A DNA stretch of 36,055 nt from an uncultured bacterium (lineage in GTDB: Bacteria > Lernaellota > Lernaellaia > Lernaellales > Lernaellaceae), in contig CAZHPN010000046.1 of the NCBI GenBank assembly GCA_964534375.1, positions 1 through 36,055 on the forward strand, read 5' to 3'. The position numbers were made by a program, and so were the translations under genes. Under the pieces are notes generated by a model. The model was given only the letters and a program-made list of their open reading frames with translations. It did not search any database and had not been told where the DNA came from. The stretch's first letter is position 1. Each line of letters begins with the position of its first letter. This document shows, piece by piece, positions 34,553 to 36,055 of this stretch.

Positions 34553-35956
34553 ATGAAACGGCGTTGGGAATTCATCGCTTTGTTGGCCCTGTTGACCGCG
34601 GTCTGCGCGGCGCTCGCCGCGGCCTGCGGCTCTTCATCCTCCAGTTCGAGCGCCTCCAGCGCGGACGACGACGCCTCGCCCAGCGACGACGACGTCTCGC
34701 CGGCCGACGACGATGACGATTCCAGCCCGGCGGCGCCGGTGACGCCGCACCGCGAGGACCGCGGCAAGTACGCCGTGGTCTGGCTGGCCGGCACGCCCTA
34801 CGAGATGGGCCATCAGCACGGCGTGATGCTGCACGACGAACTCGCCGCCGGCATCGACTGGCTCAATTCGATGGACCTCGTGCAGATTCTGGTCCCGATC
34901 GCCAGAGCGCTCGGGCTGCTGCAAATGGCCGAAGACAACACCTACACCGACATCGTGCAGGAGTGCCAGGGTCTGGTCGATGCGGCGGGCGACGTCGGCT
35001 GGACGATGGATGTCTGCCTGCTGCTCAATTTCGGCGACGTGCTGATCGAGTTCCTCACCGATGGCATTCCGCCCGCGACCGACGTGCCGCTCGAACCCGC
35101 GTGCACGCAGGCGGTCGCGACGGGCGCGGCGACGAAGGACGGCCGGCTGTATCACATGCGCAGCCTCGATTGGGGGAATATCCCGTACCTGCTCGACTAC
35201 CCGGTCATTTTCGTGCGGCAGCCGAGCGACGGCATCCCGCACGTGTATATCGGCTTCCCGGGCAACCTCAGCCCGTACAACGGCATCAACGCGGCGGGCC
35301 TGTCGATCGCGTCGAATCAGGCCGAGCCGCACGATCAAAGCCAGCACTCGCGCACCGGCCGCAGCAACGTGCAAATGCTAGGTCAGTTGCTCAAGCTGGC
35401 GCACAATATTGACGAGGCGCAGCAAATGATCGAGACCACGCCGCACATGGCGTGCATCAACATCGTCGTCGCCGACGGCAACGCCCGCGAGGCTGCCGCG
35501 TTCGAAATCACCTCGAAGCAGCTCGGCATTCGCGAGTTGACGGACGACACGGTGTGGGAGACCAATCACTTTGTCGCGTCGAACATGCAAAACGCCGACA
35601 AGCAGCCGCGCGATCCGTCGAGTCTGCTGCGCTACGATCGCGTTTCGCAGTTGGTTCCGCGCGATGGCAAGGATTCCATTTTCGGCAAGATCGATCCGGC
35701 GGCGTTCGTCGGCGTCTTGCGCGACCGCGTCAATCCGTACAACGACACGGTCAGCCCGCCGGTGTTCGACAACGGCGGCATGAGCATCGCGACGAACGCG
35801 GCGATCTACCAAATCGTCTTCGACCCCGAAGCGCTGAACTTCTGGGTCGCCGCCGGCGGCGTTCCCGTGCCGTCGCAGCCGTTCGAAGGTTTTTCGTTGA
35901 GCGAGCTGCTGGATTGGCCGAACTCGACGCCGGTCGTTCCGGGCGTGATCCAGTGA
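34553..35956 (+). CDS. Lipoprotein, peptidase C45 / Ntn-hydrolase (acyl-CoA:6-APA acyltransferase-like), about 467 aa
   Basis: Lipobox LAAAC, Ser/Asp linker, GTPYEMG.QHG, internal A-C-T nucleophile site, RSLDW, GINAAGL, TNHF, S..RY; GGAGG RBS. Confidence 0.82.
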   Translation: MKRRWEFIALLALLTAVCAALAAACGSSSSSSSASSADDDASPSDDDVSPADDDDDSSPAAPVTPHREDRGKYAVVWLAGTPYEMGHQHGVMLHDELAAGIDWLNSMDLVQILVPIARALGLLQMAEDNTYTDIVQECQGLVDAAGDVGWTMDVCLLLNFGDVLIEFLTDGIPPATDVPLEPACTQAVATGAATKDGRLYHMRSLDWGNIPYLLDYPVIFVRQPSDGIPHVYIGFPGNLSPYNGINAAGLSIASNQAEPHDQSQHSRTGRSNVQMLGQLLKLAHNIDEAQQMIETTPHMACINIVVADGNAREAAAFEITSKQLGIRELTDDTVWETNHFVASNMQNADKQPRDPSSLLRYDRVSQLVPRDGKDSIFGKIDPAAFVGVLRDRVNPYNDTVSPPVFDNGGMSIATNAAIYQIVFDPEALNFWVAAGGVPVPSQPFEGFSLSELLDWPNSTPVVPGVIQ

Positions 35957-36055
35957 TGATTTAAACCGAAGTTCCCGGAAGTATTAAGGCGTTGAACCGA
36001 GATATCTCTTTGCTAAGGCAGGAGATTTTCCTGCAAGAATCGCGCTAAATGTACC

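Overview
GC-rich bacterial chromosomal window that is mostly housekeeping. Gene order (rpiB-nrdR-rib-nusB, Tgl/PilF-like TPR lipoprotein, split purH, folE2) and Asp-rich secreted proteins suggest a deltaproteobacterium-like lineage (inference). It holds about 30 CDS: a partial secreted NDD-repeat protein, ppc, an MBL hydrolase, fadJ, an M23 peptidase, a long minus-strand run (rpiB-nrdR-ribD-ribE-ribBA-ribH-nusB-M17N-like-HAD-pgm, preceded by a TPR lipoprotein and PNP), a 1069-aa SHMT/GcvT fusion, a GNAT, a GT-C-like membrane protein, a folD-folE2-panB-purH(N)-purH(C) one-carbon cluster, a divergent archaeal-type (class II) GAPDH homologue, two signalling genes, a VOC/PhnB protein and a C45 lipoprotein. 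I saw no rRNA, tRNA, CRISPR or transposase. Four things stand out: (1) at least nine intergenic spacers carry 7-, 8- or 9-nt tandem arrays of many unrelated unit sequences, mostly as inverted arms around a unique spacer, sometimes nested and sometimes starting at a stop codon; (2) a three-part SHMT / degenerate T-domain / GcvT protein with an active-site-loop insertion lies next to a folate-C1 cluster; (3) the class II GAPDH-like gene; (4) a tandem NrdR-box-like pair lies over the promoter of the nrdR-riboflavin operon.
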